A stretch of DNA of 63,999 bases, counting the filler, from Sphaeroforma arctica JP610 (taxonomy: Eukaryota): assembly GCF_001186125.1 (NCBI RefSeq). It is 7 parts of 5 records of this genome, joined end to end, with 100 filler letters (N's around TTAATTAATTAA, not from the genome) between each part and the next. Parts side by side here need not be neighbours in the genome. Positions count along the whole stretch, not along the records: positions 1 to 20,052 come from NW_014040521.1; positions 20,153 to 34,129 come from NW_014040520.1; 5 more parts are not named here. One strand, written 5' to 3'. The translations under genes and the position numbers were made by a program. Every line of letters begins with the position of its first letter. Position 1 is the first letter of the stretch. Of this stretch, positions 13,124-26,085 are shown piece after piece. The notes under the pieces were generated by a model, which saw only the letters and a list, made by a program, of their open reading frames with translations, did no database searches and had not been told where the DNA came from.

Positions 13124-13873
13124 TGTAATAGCCGCGCCTCCACATTAGACACTATGTTATAAACGTACTCTTAAGTAGTACGTATACTAAAAACGTACTC
13201 TTAATAGTACAAGGAACTTAAGTTTCCTAAATGGTTTTTAATGATTTTACTAATTAATACTTTTTCCATTATACATTTCAGATATTTGGACGAAGCCATT
13301 AAAAGGCCTCAGTAAAATTCCAAACATAAGAGTTGGTCTAGTTCTATTAATAGAACTATATTTACTTTCCAACTTTATGTATATCTGAATACTTCGGTAG
13401 CGAGATGGCTCAACCGAATATAGGTTTCTAGGGACTATTAACGTTACCTAGTTGATTCTCCGATCAGCCAACCAGATGTGCCAGTGTGATGAAGGCTAAG
13501 TCGGTAATTCTTGATAAGTGGCAAGTTATTGATTAAGACAATAACTAAGGACATCAAGAGTATTTTTCTTTCTTTTTTTTCTTCCTTTTTTCTAAAGATA
13601 TGACTTTATGAGTCTCTCAGATTCGCCCCAACGAAACATACCATAATTTCTAATAGAGCGACAACGAAACACTAAATAAAATCCCTTCGGCGGAAACAGT
13701 ACTGAGAGGATTATATATAGGCAATGTCTCAGCCTCACTATCCCTCAGGGTATTGCTGTTTTCACGAGGCATACCTAACTTTACTAAAAGTCTCATTTCG
13801 TTTATTTACTTCGATATTTTCACGATACTTAGAATTTATCTACGCGTTTATTTACTCTAAGGCGTTAATATCG
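13124..13873 (+). mobile_element. LTR family D copy (3' end lost in N gap) inserted in element C gag
   Basis: Starts TGTAATAG and is collinear with the solo LTR at 31957-32783. Confidence 0.88.
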
Positions 13874-13893
13874 NNNNNNNNNNNNNNNNNNNN

Positions 13894-16800
13894 AGTATGT
13901 ATAGCCTCCCCTATCCGTTCTGCATATAATGTCTTTAAATTCAGAACGATCAAGAGGGGCATTAGAGTCATATCTAACTTGCGAGTATAATTTCTGTAGT
14001 CGGAATACGATTTGTGCTTATATTAAGCGCACTAGAACCATCGGGGTTATTTACCTCGTATGTTCCATTTTTAGTGTCTGCTACAGAGATTATATATGGA
14101 CCTATCCATTTAGATGTTAATACAGTAGCATCGGAATTACGTTGACGGATATTAACTCTGTCACCGACCTGATACTCTGCTATCTTCTTGGTAGTGTTCC
14201 AACGTTTTTGCCTTTTTATTAAGGCTATATTGCGTATTTCTCGCAAGCAAGGATATACAACGTTATGAATACGTTGTACCTTCTCTAACCATGGTAACTC
14301 ATGGTGATCAGGTTCGTCCTTGTTAAAGGTTATTTGTAACTCACTATATCTGCAACTAAAATAGTGAGCGAATGTAGTTCCTGTAACCGGATCAGCACAC
14401 TCGTTCATCTGTGTTTGACCCGCTTAAGGTGGTACGGCCAATCATCTGCATCATTCGTTAATGCAGTACGTAAGATCATTCGCGCCTTGCGTTTGCGGTT
14501 CATACGGCACACCTCTCTTATGGCATATGCTTGATACGAGTACTAGCGATTCCATTACGCCATCGCAGAACTCACTACCGTTATCAGTGCACATAATACC
14601 TGGCCACCCGTGGTCAGCAAAGACTTGGCAACATAATTCTGCCACGGTCTGCGTATTCTTATCCTTTAATGGATAGAGCAAGTTAAACCGTGACGGCACA
14701 TCAAAGAAGTGGCACACGTAACGGTCGCCTGTGTGCTCGGACGTGGGCAGGTCAACCAGATCAATGATGACCCTGCGCCATGGATCATCTTCAGTCACAC
14801 TTTTAAGCGGTGCGAACCCATAGCGCTTGATCTGATTGAGATCACAGTCTGTACATGACTGATATACTCTGTCAACTAAAGTTGCCAGCTTAGGGTGCGC
14901 GATCCCATAGTGCGTCTACTACGTTCTGGTGCTTCAGCTTATGATTTTGCGTCAGCCAAGCAAGAATGTTTTCATCATTCTGCTCCTCCAGAATAAAGGT
15001 AGGGTGTTGAGAATCCACTTGCGTGGCCTCTAAGTCTGTAGTGTTTCCAGACTCCTGTCCTGCTTTCGCATGAGCGTCGTTAGTGTGCTCATATGCGTTA
15101 GATACACCTGACTTATTAAATAGTCGCAATATATGTGTATACGCTTCAGGATTGTCTTTCATTAATCCCTTTAAAAATAAGGTTTGAAAGACCTCGGGGC
15201 TTGGACTTTATGTTATTAAACAGAGTCCTAGCTAGAGACTGACGCTTCTTAACAGTAGTGTCAATAGTAGATTGTATTTCTTGTGCACAGACTTCAAGTG
15301 CTGTGTTGCCTTTGAACTGCTTAACGTTCAATTTAGTGGAGAGTGGAATCTCAGATTCTTTGACCCTGCTAAGGAAGGTCTCAGAAGGGGTCCATTTGAT
15401 TGTTCCAATGGGACCTATACGACATATTATAGTATGTCTCCAGGGCGTCTTCTGGACGGCTCGAGTACCCTGATATAGGAAGGTATCTACTTCTCTATCT
15501 AAATATATTGGCTCGCATTGCATCATGCTTATTAATTTATTGAGCCATGGAACTTTACTCCGTAATGGGCAACACAACGTGATGGTAGCTTTATGTATAT
15601 GAACTTAATATAATAGCTGGGCAATTAACTGCCATGGTGGATTAGCCCACGCATTATGTTTGGAGAGGTCTATTTGAAAGGAGTCTCCCAAAGGATGATT
15701 TAAAGTCCTGTAATTCTATAGTTGTGCATTATGATGTGCAACAAACATATCTATGGTATGTGGCCTAAATATCTTTTGAGCCAGTTCAAACCACCTGGGA
15801 TTACACTTCCAGTCAGTGGCTAGTAACTCACGTACGGATTTATTATAGTCCGGTACGAAGCGTGATAACATATCCGGTAAATGGTTATGTATTCCTGGCA
15901 GATGCTGTATATCAAAATGAAACTTTGATATTGTATCATGCCAGCGACTAGTAATTGTGAGTCGGGTTTGATCTCTTTCATATATTGAAGAGATTTCTGA
16001 TCACACATCAGCGTAAATGCTGTTCCGTATAAGTAATCTCGGAAGTGTGTTAGAGTTGCCACTATGGCTAATAGCTCTTGTTTAACGGTTGGTAATTCAA
16101 CTGTGAAGCATTCATTGCTCGACTAAATAATTGTATATATCTAGGTTTGTTATCCATAACCTGATATACTACTCCTCCTAAGGCTAAGTCGGAGGCGTCC
16201 GTCGCTATTTCAAACGACACGTCATCGACAGGTCCTTGTACAACAGGGGTTTGCTGGACTGCGTGTTTGAGCGCTTTATATGCGTTATCACACTCTTTAG
16301 TCCATAAGTCTCCTAGTTTGCCTTTATGCCATCTTAAGTGTCCAAAAGGTTTAAGGTAGTCAGCTAAGTGTGGTACTCCATCTGAAAAGAAGTTTACAAA
16401 CCCACACATGCTGTTAACATCTCTTCCTGTAGTTGGTGTTCGCCAATATAACAGGTGTTCTACCTTACCGGGGTTTTAAACCCTAAAAACAGATATACGG
16501 TAGCCTAAGAGCTGTATTTCGCTCATGGCGAAGTGACATTTCTTCTCGTTAATCTTGAAGTTTTGTTCGTTGAGTCTCTGAAGGGCTCGTCTGACTAATG
16601 CGGCATGTTTGCGTTTAGTCTTAGAAAAGACGACTATGTCATCTATATAGACTTTTTTTTAGGGTTTAAACCCTTTCCTCCATTACTTGTTGGAAGAATG
16701 CTGGTAAAGAGTGTAACCCGAAAGGTGCACCTCTGAACCTGTATTGTTTATCTTTCCACGTAAAACTAAAGTATTTACAATGTGGTTCATATACCTGCAT

Positions 16801-19800
16801 TTGATGGTATCTTTGTGTAAGGTCTATAGTTGTAAATACTGTAGTACCTTTCATCCTTCGCAGTAGCTCGTTAATACAAAGTAAGTGAAAGCTATGAGTC
16901 GGCAAAAATTTATTTATTGGACTCATATCTAAACATCTCTGACTTTCTTAAACGATCCGTCAGAGTTATGTTAGTCTACGGCTAGCAGTGCCAAGTTAAC
17001 TGGCGTCTGTTGATAGTTGAATTCTATCACTCCATCTGCTAGCCATTTCTCAACTTGTTCTTTTACCACAGCCTCGTGTCTCCCGGATACACAGTTCCTT
17101 GAGGGACACTTTAACTGTGTAAAGTCCACCTTGGTTAAGTCAAGACTGGCATACCCGTCGTTCATACGGAATTTTGCCCAATCCGTGATCGCTATCTTCT
17201 TATTAACTAGAATCAGATCTATGATTTTGTTCGCAAAGTCAGGTATTAATGCCTTGACTGTGTCTGACGGGGGCTTATATGGATTCAGACAGTTATCGTC
17301 TGACTGATTCTTTAATGGATCTATGTTCCTTGGTAGACCAGTTACGGTTAAACCTAGAGTGAGTAAATCGCTCATTCCGACTATAATGTCGTACTTCTGT
17401 GACATCTTAACTATCACAGCTTGGGTAGTGATACCCCTTTATCATCGGCCAGGGAGATTTTAACATCTGTGGCCATGGTATCACACTTAGAAGTTTTATC
17501 ATCAGCTAAAATGAGGTGAGTTGTTTGTGTTCTCCTTTCGATATCTTTCATTAATGCAAAGCGATCGGATATACATGAAATTTCTGAACCAGGATCAATC
17601 AACGCAAGGATTTTATTTCCATTGCAGTATACAGGGATTATTACACGCTCATCTAAAGAGTCGTTGTATTGTCTGTGTAACGATTGTACCTGGTAGAATT
17701 TCACTCCAACTTAATGTCGGGCTTTTTGTCACAAGACTTAGTGTGATAGCCATTGGTCTTCTCACACTTGTCGCACTAAATAAGAAAGTGTGTACAGGTG
17801 GATGCATGCCTGCCATTTCAATAACCGTTAGGGGTCAATTGGTACATGTCATACCCACACTGTGGGTCGGCACATTTCTTAATGTCCTTAAATGGAGGTT
17901 CCTTGTCCTAGGATTGGGTCGCGTGGATAGAGTGGAGTCGCGAGTACGTGTATGTTGGGGTCTCTCGTTTGAGGTCTGCCTGAATACGTATCCGTGATCG
18001 GTGTGCTCCCGCGGCTTCTTAACAGCCACTTTTCCCTTCGATGTTACTCAGTGTGCGGGGAAAAGGGTGGATACAGTATCATAAAACTGTTCCCACGGAA
18101 TTCGGGATAGATTAAACTTTGTTTCATGTCCCTTGTCTCGAGCCTTAGTCGCATGTTTACGTCGCAACTCGGTGTACAGGCTCTCACGGTCGTTATTTCC
18201 TTTGTTCTTACAGAACATGTGCATAACCAGGAACTCGTACCATCGCTGTGCCTTGTCCTTCGTTATATCTGGACGTTTCAGGTCAGCATCTAGCTTCAGA
18301 ATATAACTCTGCATGGGCGTGTTCTCAACTGGTTTAGTTAAAATAGAACTCAGTCCTGGGCTACGCATGTCCTTACTTAACAAGGATGTAATCAACCAAC
18401 ACACAACTGGCCAGTCACGACAAGTGTCTAGCTCATGTTGGTGTCGCTGCAGGATCAAATAACTTGTACCTGTAGGGTCAAACGTCTGCATTAAAGCAGA
18501 GATCCATTGCTGGGGAGCGATATCATTTGTCTCCAGCATGACCGTAAACGCATTAAGCGTACGGGTTAGCGTGTCGAGGTCATGGTTGTTTATAAACTCG
18601 ACCTGCTTACTGTTGGCATCCCAGTTCGACTTAAGTCGACTGATCTGTCCTTTGTACTTCTGGTTATCCCTGTGGTCTTGTCCACGTTGGGCCTGAAGTA
18701 GCTGATCGATGTGCTTTTGCTTGATCGCAATCATATTAGTAAAATATGATACAGCCTCAGCAAGATGCGCATCGTGGGCGATTTACATTTTAATGGTATA
18801 ATCGTCGACCGATTTGATGAGTTCGGTCACCTCGTCAAAGTGAAAATCCTTTGCGGGTTGATGTAGTGCTGCGTGATCGAAGCGATTAAATTCGACTTCG
18901 TTAACACGTTTATGGGGTTGTTTATTACCCCTTGTAAAGTCCATGGTCGAGGCCTTTCGGTGCTCTGTTCCTCGGATAGTGGTTGGTATTATAATCTTGG
19001 GTGATTCATGCGTCTGGGTAACATACCCAGTCTTAACTGGTTTCCGACGATTGTCATCCCCTATGGGTAAAAGTGGCGGAGTATTTCTACCTGCCTCTGG
19101 GTCTATAATACCCTCAAGGACGGGTGACTCACGGCCGGGTGTCAGAACAGGCGAGTAATTAGCCTGAAGTTCTGGTGGTAGTACCTCGTAAGGTATAGAT
19201 ACGCTGAGCACATCTGGCTCATATGCCACAGGTGTAGCGCTCGAGTCTTTACGTTCTTCGGGCGTAATTGCCTGTCGACGTTTTGTACACTTCTGTAGGG
19301 CTTCAGTAATGCCCGGAGAAACATGCTCGCGTAAGTGCTGTGTATGTTTTCCTGATCTATACAATCGATCTACATGTTTAACAGTCAAGTCTTTCATAAG
19401 GGTAGCTAACTGATTCTTAAGATAAGTGTTTTCAGTAATTAACTTACTCGTGCGCGTTAACTTAGTAGTCTCGGACGTAGATTCGGGTTTACCACTTGAG
19501 CTTGCCTCCTCTTCTGGTTCCATTATAGGTTCCTTCTGAGATTTGTCCTTCTCCCCTATAATTGGGGACTCCCTTATAATTGGGAACTTTTCTTTCTGAG
19601 TTTCGTCAGAAGAATGGGTTGGGGCGTCTTGAGACGTGTCCCTTGTCTCACTTCTTGGCTTCGTAAATGTAAGCTTGAAGTTGAGGCAATAGTTGGCCCT
19701 CAGGCTCTGTCAGTGGGAGTAGTCTCCTTAATCGGAGAGGCTACATCCTTATCTGAAGCATTGTCCTGTTGACTATTATTGTCGGAGGCAAGAGTTTCGG

Positions 19801-20052
19801 CTACAGTGCGGTTAAACGCATCAGCAGCGGCAGCGGTTTCTCTCTCCATCTTCTTCTTTTCAGCTCTACGCTTCTTAGAAGAAGTATTGTCTTTCTTGGT
19901 CATAATATTAATTTATGACTGCTAGCTGATTTCTTAAGGACTAGCTTGGACAATTGTTTTTGTGTGGTAGTTAATCTACCTTGACGCTTAAGTAGTCTAA
20001 GTAATTAATACCTTTGCTAACTTTAAAATGTGTAAGATTCGGTCTATCAAGA
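13894..20052 (-). mobile_element. Ty3/Gypsy element E, near full length and degenerate: LTR-D end, gag, PR, RT, RH, MTase, IN
   Basis: 20031-20052 matches the reverse complement of the LTR-D 3' end. Gag pieces span 19903-17701. Motifs in order: LIDPGSEIS (PR); IDLTQRYHQ, PFGL, YIDD (RT); ATDASD (RH); NPPW (MTase); IIDLVDLP...TDNGSEF (IN); KWIGPY. Confidence 0.93.
15415..15817 (-). pseudogene. Dam-like DNA N6-adenine methyltransferase domain in element E
   Basis: TDWKCNPRWFELAQKIFRPHTIDMFVAHHNAQL*NYRTL...SFQIDLSKHNAWANPPW (15632-15643) QLIAQLL...CCPLRSKVPWL...TFLYQG...KTPWRHT. Confidence 0.9.
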
Positions 20053-20152
20053 NNNNNNNNNNNNNNNNNNNNNNNNNNNNNNNNNNNNNNNNNNNNTTAA
20101 TTAATTAANNNNNNNNNNNNNNNNNNNNNNNNNNNNNNNNNNNNNNNNNNNN
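20053..20152. other. Artificial contig linker N-TTAATTAATTAA-N (also at ~34130, 54373, 57270, 60609, 62585)
   Basis: The same ~100-bp pad with stops in all six frames occurs six times, so adjacency across these pads is not guaranteed. Confidence 0.95.
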
Positions 20153-20491
20153 CAGCACAGAGAGCTGCGAGTGTGATATACAGGTATGCGCGTGTCACAA
20201 ACAAACAATTAGAAAGACTGTATTTTATCGAGTGTATCGGACTTTTACATACACACACACTCTAGGTAACATTTGAATAGAACAGAGCAGCATAGACAAT
20301 TATTATTATATTATTGAATAGAACACACCTTTTTTGATTTAGCTTTCATGAGCAGAGACACAAGATAAATAAAACATAAGATACATATACAAAACAGTAG
20401 ACAGATACATATACAAAACATTAGACAGACAGGGGGCATGGCATACTTATGTTATTATATACTGCTTCGATGCATAAGGAACCAAATTACA
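20153..20491. mobile_element. Partial LTR-like insertion interrupting the element G integrase tail
   Basis: The integrase frame GPYVIHN breaks at a TGTAA terminus on the minus strand (plus strand ...AATTACA, 20491); AT-rich non-coding sequence follows up to the gap. Confidence 0.5.
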
Positions 20492-23400
20492 ATTATGAAT
20501 TACGTATGGACCCAACAAAGGCTTCATGGCTTTGGTGGTCGCTCCCTGTGCGAGTATCATGACAAAGTCCCCTGGCTTAAATTCAGTTAAATCAAACTTC
20601 TGCATCTGGTCAGTGGCCTCCGCCATAGCACCAGTGTATTTGATAGTTTTCTGATGAAGTTTTGGCAGGATCGTCTTCTCACGGTCATCCAATCGCTGAA
20701 GCCTTGCATCATTCGTTGTTGGAATATGATCAGGTAAGTCATCAGTCATGTCTGCAAAAGGAACATGGCGGCGACCAAAGTAAACACTAATTGGTGCTGA
20801 CTTGTGCCGACGTGATATCCGAAGGTTATGGTAAAGCATAGTACAAGGTAACGCTCATCCGACAATTCCGACAGCCAACACAAACGGCGCGTACACATTT
20901 GTGAATTCTTTATGTCGGCGCTCTGTCGCACCCAATGTTTGAGGACGGTATGGTTGAGATGTCTTGTGTATAATTCCGAGTGCTCGTGTTATAGACCTGA
21001 CAATGTTGTTGACAAATTCAGTCCCCTCATCACTTTGAGTTTTCCGAGGAAAGTCATACTCACCGAATACCGATACTAACTCTGTCGCCACCGTCTTAGC
21101 ATCTTTTGCAGGCAGCGCCCGTAGAATAGAAAATCCGGATGCCACATCCAAGACATGTAGAATAAACTTGTTGCCTTTAGTAGATGTCACTGCCATCGGA
21201 ATGGATCCATTTGAATATAATCCCATGGATAACGGACCGTGATGCTCATTAAAGGATAAAATCCCTTTTTCATAATGTCATTGCCTAAACATGTGCGATA
21301 TAGTTTAAGGACCTCTTCCGTAATTGTAAGCATTTGGTCCCAATCGTGTCCATCGTCTCGCATCTGTTGCACTGTAACCGCTGGATCAGGATGACCTCGT
21401 TCCTGAAACTGCCCAGTAAGCTATACCCGACGATTAGCTTCTTATTTCCAGGGTGATTCATTACCGTCGCCCCCGCACAAATCTCAGGTACCTGTTCCGC
21501 AATCTGGCGTGTACGTCAGGTCATGGCTGGTTGCGTCCATGTTTCTTGATAACGATTACTAGCCTCCTCACACATCGGTACTTTGAGACCCTAGTTACAC
21601 CAAAATGATGGAGAAACTTTATAGCCTATTAGAGGGCCAATGCGTACCACCACCGTATGTTGCCACGGATACATACCACACGCCTGTGTGCCATGCTTCA
21701 AGAACGTACGGGCTGTTCGCGGGATAAGCAATGGATCTGCTTGCATCATCGATAGAAGCAGAGGGAACCCGCTCGTGTGTTCAATGGGAGACACACTGTC
21801 GCGGACGCCTTGTCCTCCAATACTTTACGAAGTACCTTACGAATAAGGCGCCAAGGTGGATTCATCCATGCATTTTACTTGCTCCAGTCAAATTTAAAAG
21901 CGCCTCCGTCTTTGTCGTAAGACCAGTATTGTCGTAACTGAGCATTGTGGCTTGATGCAAAGGCGTCAACGTCGTTAGGTCCGAAATGGTTTTGAACCTG
22001 ATCAAAGAAGTCGGGATGCAACTTCCAGCACGATGTGTAGAAGATGGCTGGAAAGTTGATGTCCGCTGTGCCCTCATGGACCCGGCTCCACATGTCTGGT
22101 AATTTATTCAATTCACCTGGGACATGTGTTATCACGAAATTGAATTGCGCAATGATGTGATGCCATCGTTGCAGCATGCTGTTCAATTTCAATTGGGTGT
22201 TCATGTATATCAGCGCCTTGTGGTCCGTGTGCACAGTAAAGCGTTGGCCTATTAAATGATCATGGAAGTGGACCAATGCATATGAGCGCTAACAGTTCTT
22301 TCATTAGTGTCGCGTATATCTGCTCCGACTTGTTGAGAGTCTTCGAAAAGTACATCAGGTAGTGCTTGCGGCCGTCAAATAACTGAAATAGTGCACCTCC
22401 AATATTATAATCACTGGCATCAGTCTCTAACTCGAGTGGAACTCCTTCAACCGGAAGATTTTACCGCACCGCAGACACGATTGCTTCCTTCATCTGATCC
22501 CATGCCAGTTGATGTTTTGGCTTCCAACGATCCCCAATCGGTTCCTTCGGCTTGAGTTTCGAAAAACGATCGTAGTGGGGCCACTTTATGTGCAGAGTTA
22601 GGTAAGTGCTCATGTAGAAAGTTCGCCAACCCCAGTGCAGATGCTATGTCCCTTTGACATTGCGGCACTGGCCAGTCGATCAACCGTTGTTGCATCTCAT
22701 GATCAACGTCAATTCCTTTCGCAGAAACCTTCTTCCCCAGGACCATAACCTTGCTTACTGCAAAGTGACACTTCTTCTGGTTATGCTTAAAATTGTTCTC
22801 GGTAAGCCGTCGGATGACCTCTTTCACTGTTGCAATATGTTCCTCGTTGTTATCAGATGCAATTATAAGGTCATCGACGGAGCACTGCACGTCTAAACCC
22901 GCCATCAAGTTACTGATTGTGCGCTGGAATTGAGACGTGAGTGTCGACAATCCGAACGGAGCCGAAGTGAAGGAGTATTAGGGACTGTCCCAAGTAAACA
23001 AGAACATATGTTGTAAGTCCTCGTGTACTGGAAGGCGATGATATGCGGCCGATAAATCTAACGTGGTATAATACCGTTTGCCTTTTAAGTTACTAATAAT
23101 CTCATTGACCTTCGGTAACGTAACTGGTCTCCCGGAATAAGGGCGTTGATCTGTCGCAAATCCAAACACACCCGAACCTTAACGGGTAGATTCACAAGTT
23201 CAAACGTACAACCTGAAGCAGACTTTGTACCATATTGAACCATCGTGGCGTGTGTCTTGCCGAGGCGCGGAGTGCGGAAAGCTTTGTCCGCCAAGTATAT
23301 GTAGCTATCCTTAGCTTTGGTGTAATAGACAGTTGCGCCTGTGCTGCGGATGCCTGAGTAATAACGGAGCGGTTCGCCCCCGTATCAATGAGTGTGCGCA

Positions 23401-25184
23401 TCGCATGTCCGTTGACTTGTAACGTGACATATACATGGTTGTCAGTAGGGAACAATTTATCTTTCACTGCAAAACAATTTAATTTGCCGTTCGATCAAAT
23501 GTCACGCACACGTTTAACTCAGACACCCCAACATCTCGATTTGAGCTTGACTCCTCTTCCCAATCGGCTGGCCCTTGCTCGGCCTCCATTAACTTATCTT
23601 CACTGTCGACATATGGCTCGTCGACCACATCATGAATATGCATCACCTCATTCTCTCCGACATCTGCTAGCGTCAGATCAGGCATCTGATCACCCCAATC
23701 CACGAGATTAACTCGAGGGCGGAAGTTATTACACGACGCCTGTTGCGTGCGCGTGGATGTCCCCCCAGCCGATGTACGGTGTGGTGGCGCATCCCCATAT
23801 TGTGTATGGTTGCCCGTGTTAGTTGATGTCGGTGCTCTCAATAGCTTACGACAACGTGGTGCATGTGCTGCGCCAAGAGGGAGATTCTGCTCATATGACC
23901 GACAACGAGCCCTAGGGTTCGATACTGATGGCGCATGAGAATTAGCTCGTGTGTTCGCCTCCACACGCACTCGTGTGCGTGAACGTGATCCCCCAGGGAT
24001 TGATGTGTAGCAGTTGAGAAAGGTTCGCTCGACGGTATTCTGCCGCTTTGTCAATATTCACCCGAAATACATCACGCATTTGTGCCGCGGAATATTCTCG
24101 TCAGTTAGGGTGCATATGAAAAGTATCACGTTATCCTCCAGATCTTGTTTGTGTGTGCGTAAAATATGAGCAGTGGCGTCGTGAAACGACATGGACTGCA
24201 ATTTTTGTTCGTTTTCCACGATAAAATCCAACAACGCCTGGGTGCTCCTTCTTTCTGTAGTCTGCATATGGATCTGGTCTGGTTTGTGAAATCTTGCATT
24301 CTTATGCCAATCCAAGATAAACGCGTGCAACTGTATCTTCTGCGGATTATCAAAATAAAATACATCACGAATATTCACCCAAAATACATCACACATTTGT
24401 GCCGCGAAATATTCTCGTCAGTTAGGGTGCATACGAAGGGTATCACGGTATTATGTACCCCCCGCAGCTTGATTGATTAGGTTGAGCATACCATGGTTGC
24501 GGTATACTTGTAGCGAATTCTCATACTGTCGCATAAAGTCTACTATGCGTTCAAAATCCCGAAGTTGTGTCTCTAGCGGCACCGAAGGGTTTAGCTTCAT
24601 GCAAGCTAATACATTTTTGTATGCGTTATCCTCCAGATCTTGTTTGTGTGTGCGTACAATAGGAGCAGTGGCGTCCTGGAACGACATAGACATTATTGTT
24701 CAATTTCCACGATAAAATCCAATAACGCCTTGGATGTTCCTTCTTTCTGTAGTCTGCATATGGATCGGGTCCAAGATAAACGCGTGCAGCTGTATCTTTT
24801 GCGGATTATCCAAATAATAGCTGCCCTGTGGATTAGGTGGCCATTCCTTGGGTGTCCGTTTGTCTACCGTTATTGAGCAAGTCTTCAACGTCTCATTAGA
24901 TGTGCAAATTAAACCCTTCAACGATCGAGCTTCCTCTGTGCGCCCCTCAGCTTCTGCTTGCATCCCTCAGCTTCTGCTTGCATTATACGTTGGGTGAGAA
25001 GGAATAATTGCATTTTCATCTCTGCCGCAGTAGATTCAGTGATGCACACCTCAGTAGGTGGTGATATCTTACGCCAATCCTGCGTTTCACCGGGCTATTT
25101 TGCTTCATGTTGATAGCCCCGCTGTCAGGTATATGGTCGGTTGGTGTCGACTCTATCTGTGTTGGGTATGTTGGGTATTGGGGA
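20492..25184 (-). mobile_element. Ty3/Gypsy element G (gag with internal duplications, PR, RT, RH, MTase, IN), degenerate
   Basis: LIDTGANRS; RVCLDLRQIN; LDLSAAYH; SVDD; TDHKAL...HVPGELNKLPD (RH); NPPW; VLDVASGF...SDEGTEF...TERRH; LLGPY. Confidence 0.92.
21635..22033 (-). pseudogene. Dam-like DNA N6-adenine methyltransferase domain in element G
   Basis: Continues in frame from RNase H in ORF 21875-22276: CWKLHPDFFDQVQNHFGPNDVDAFASSHNAQLRQYWS...AFKFDWSK*NAWMNPPW (21851-21862) RLIRKVL...TFLKHG...PWQHT. Confidence 0.9.
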
Positions 25185-26085
25185 TGTAAAAATAGCGGGT
25201 TCCTAATAGTAGTTGCACAATTAACGTATTTTATAAACGTATTATCGTGTTAACGGTTTACGTATAATACTGGAATACGTTTAACGAATTGGACAAGAAC
25301 AAGAATTGAGATATTCAAGATTCTGAACATGTGATAGTACTCAGTAGAGTATGGGACTCTACTGTGGACAATTAGGTGGTTTTCCAAATATAGATTGGTT
25401 TTTCCACTGAAATTAGAATTATACATAATATTGAAATGATACAAATCTGACACCTGAAAATGACACTTTGGGAATCTCTAAATAACGGGAGTGCCACGAG
25501 AGAGGGTCTCAGGCATGAAATGGTTGTTGGTACAAACCTATGGTATAATTCGATAATAATCTCAGAGCAAGAAAATCCACGGAGAAAAGGACAGGATCAG
25601 AGTTGTTAGAATTTAGGACAACATGGTTTTGATTCCTCCTAGCCAGCCAACTAGATGTGCCCGTCTATGCCTTAAATGGGATGGAGAGCTAGGTACCAAG
25701 TGATGGGGTTTAGGTGCAGATGTATACTGCATCAGCTGGGTGTTTTAATTTTAATTTTAATTTTCTTAAGTTGGACTTAGAGATATTTTATTGGTTAGTT
25801 TGAGTAGATAATTGTTTCGAGGCGTGAAATGTAAAATATGCGGCCAATGAAATGATATCTAGTCTTAGTAACTAAAACATAAATAAATCTAGACCGAAGT
25901 AGTGAGTGATTAAAGCGGAGCATATAGACAATAGTCTCAATCTAAATCCCCTAATCTTTTGCTCATTACCAAGGGCTGAAGCTAAACTTATTTAACATTT
26001 TGCATTTTAACGTTTTAACGTAATATCTTATTAACATAAACGTCTTGGTATCGTATAGTCAGCCTAGAGGAGACTGACTTTTACA
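25185..26085 (+). repeat. 5' LTR of element F (~900 bp)
   Basis: TGTAAAA...TTTTACA terminal inverted match; the first ~305 bp are repeated at 33824-34129; shares the AGCCAACyAGATGTGCC motif with LTR-D. The right boundary is inferred because the 3' LTR runs into a gap. Confidence 0.8.

Noticed and set aside
13124..13873. LTR-D copy as the 3' LTR of element E
   Set aside because: Its orientation is opposite to E and it is joined to element C gag. It is treated as an independent insertion unless the contig is misoriented across the gap.
20053..20152. Recurrent TTAATTAATTAA palindrome
   Set aside because: It is always centred in N pads, so it is an assembly linker.
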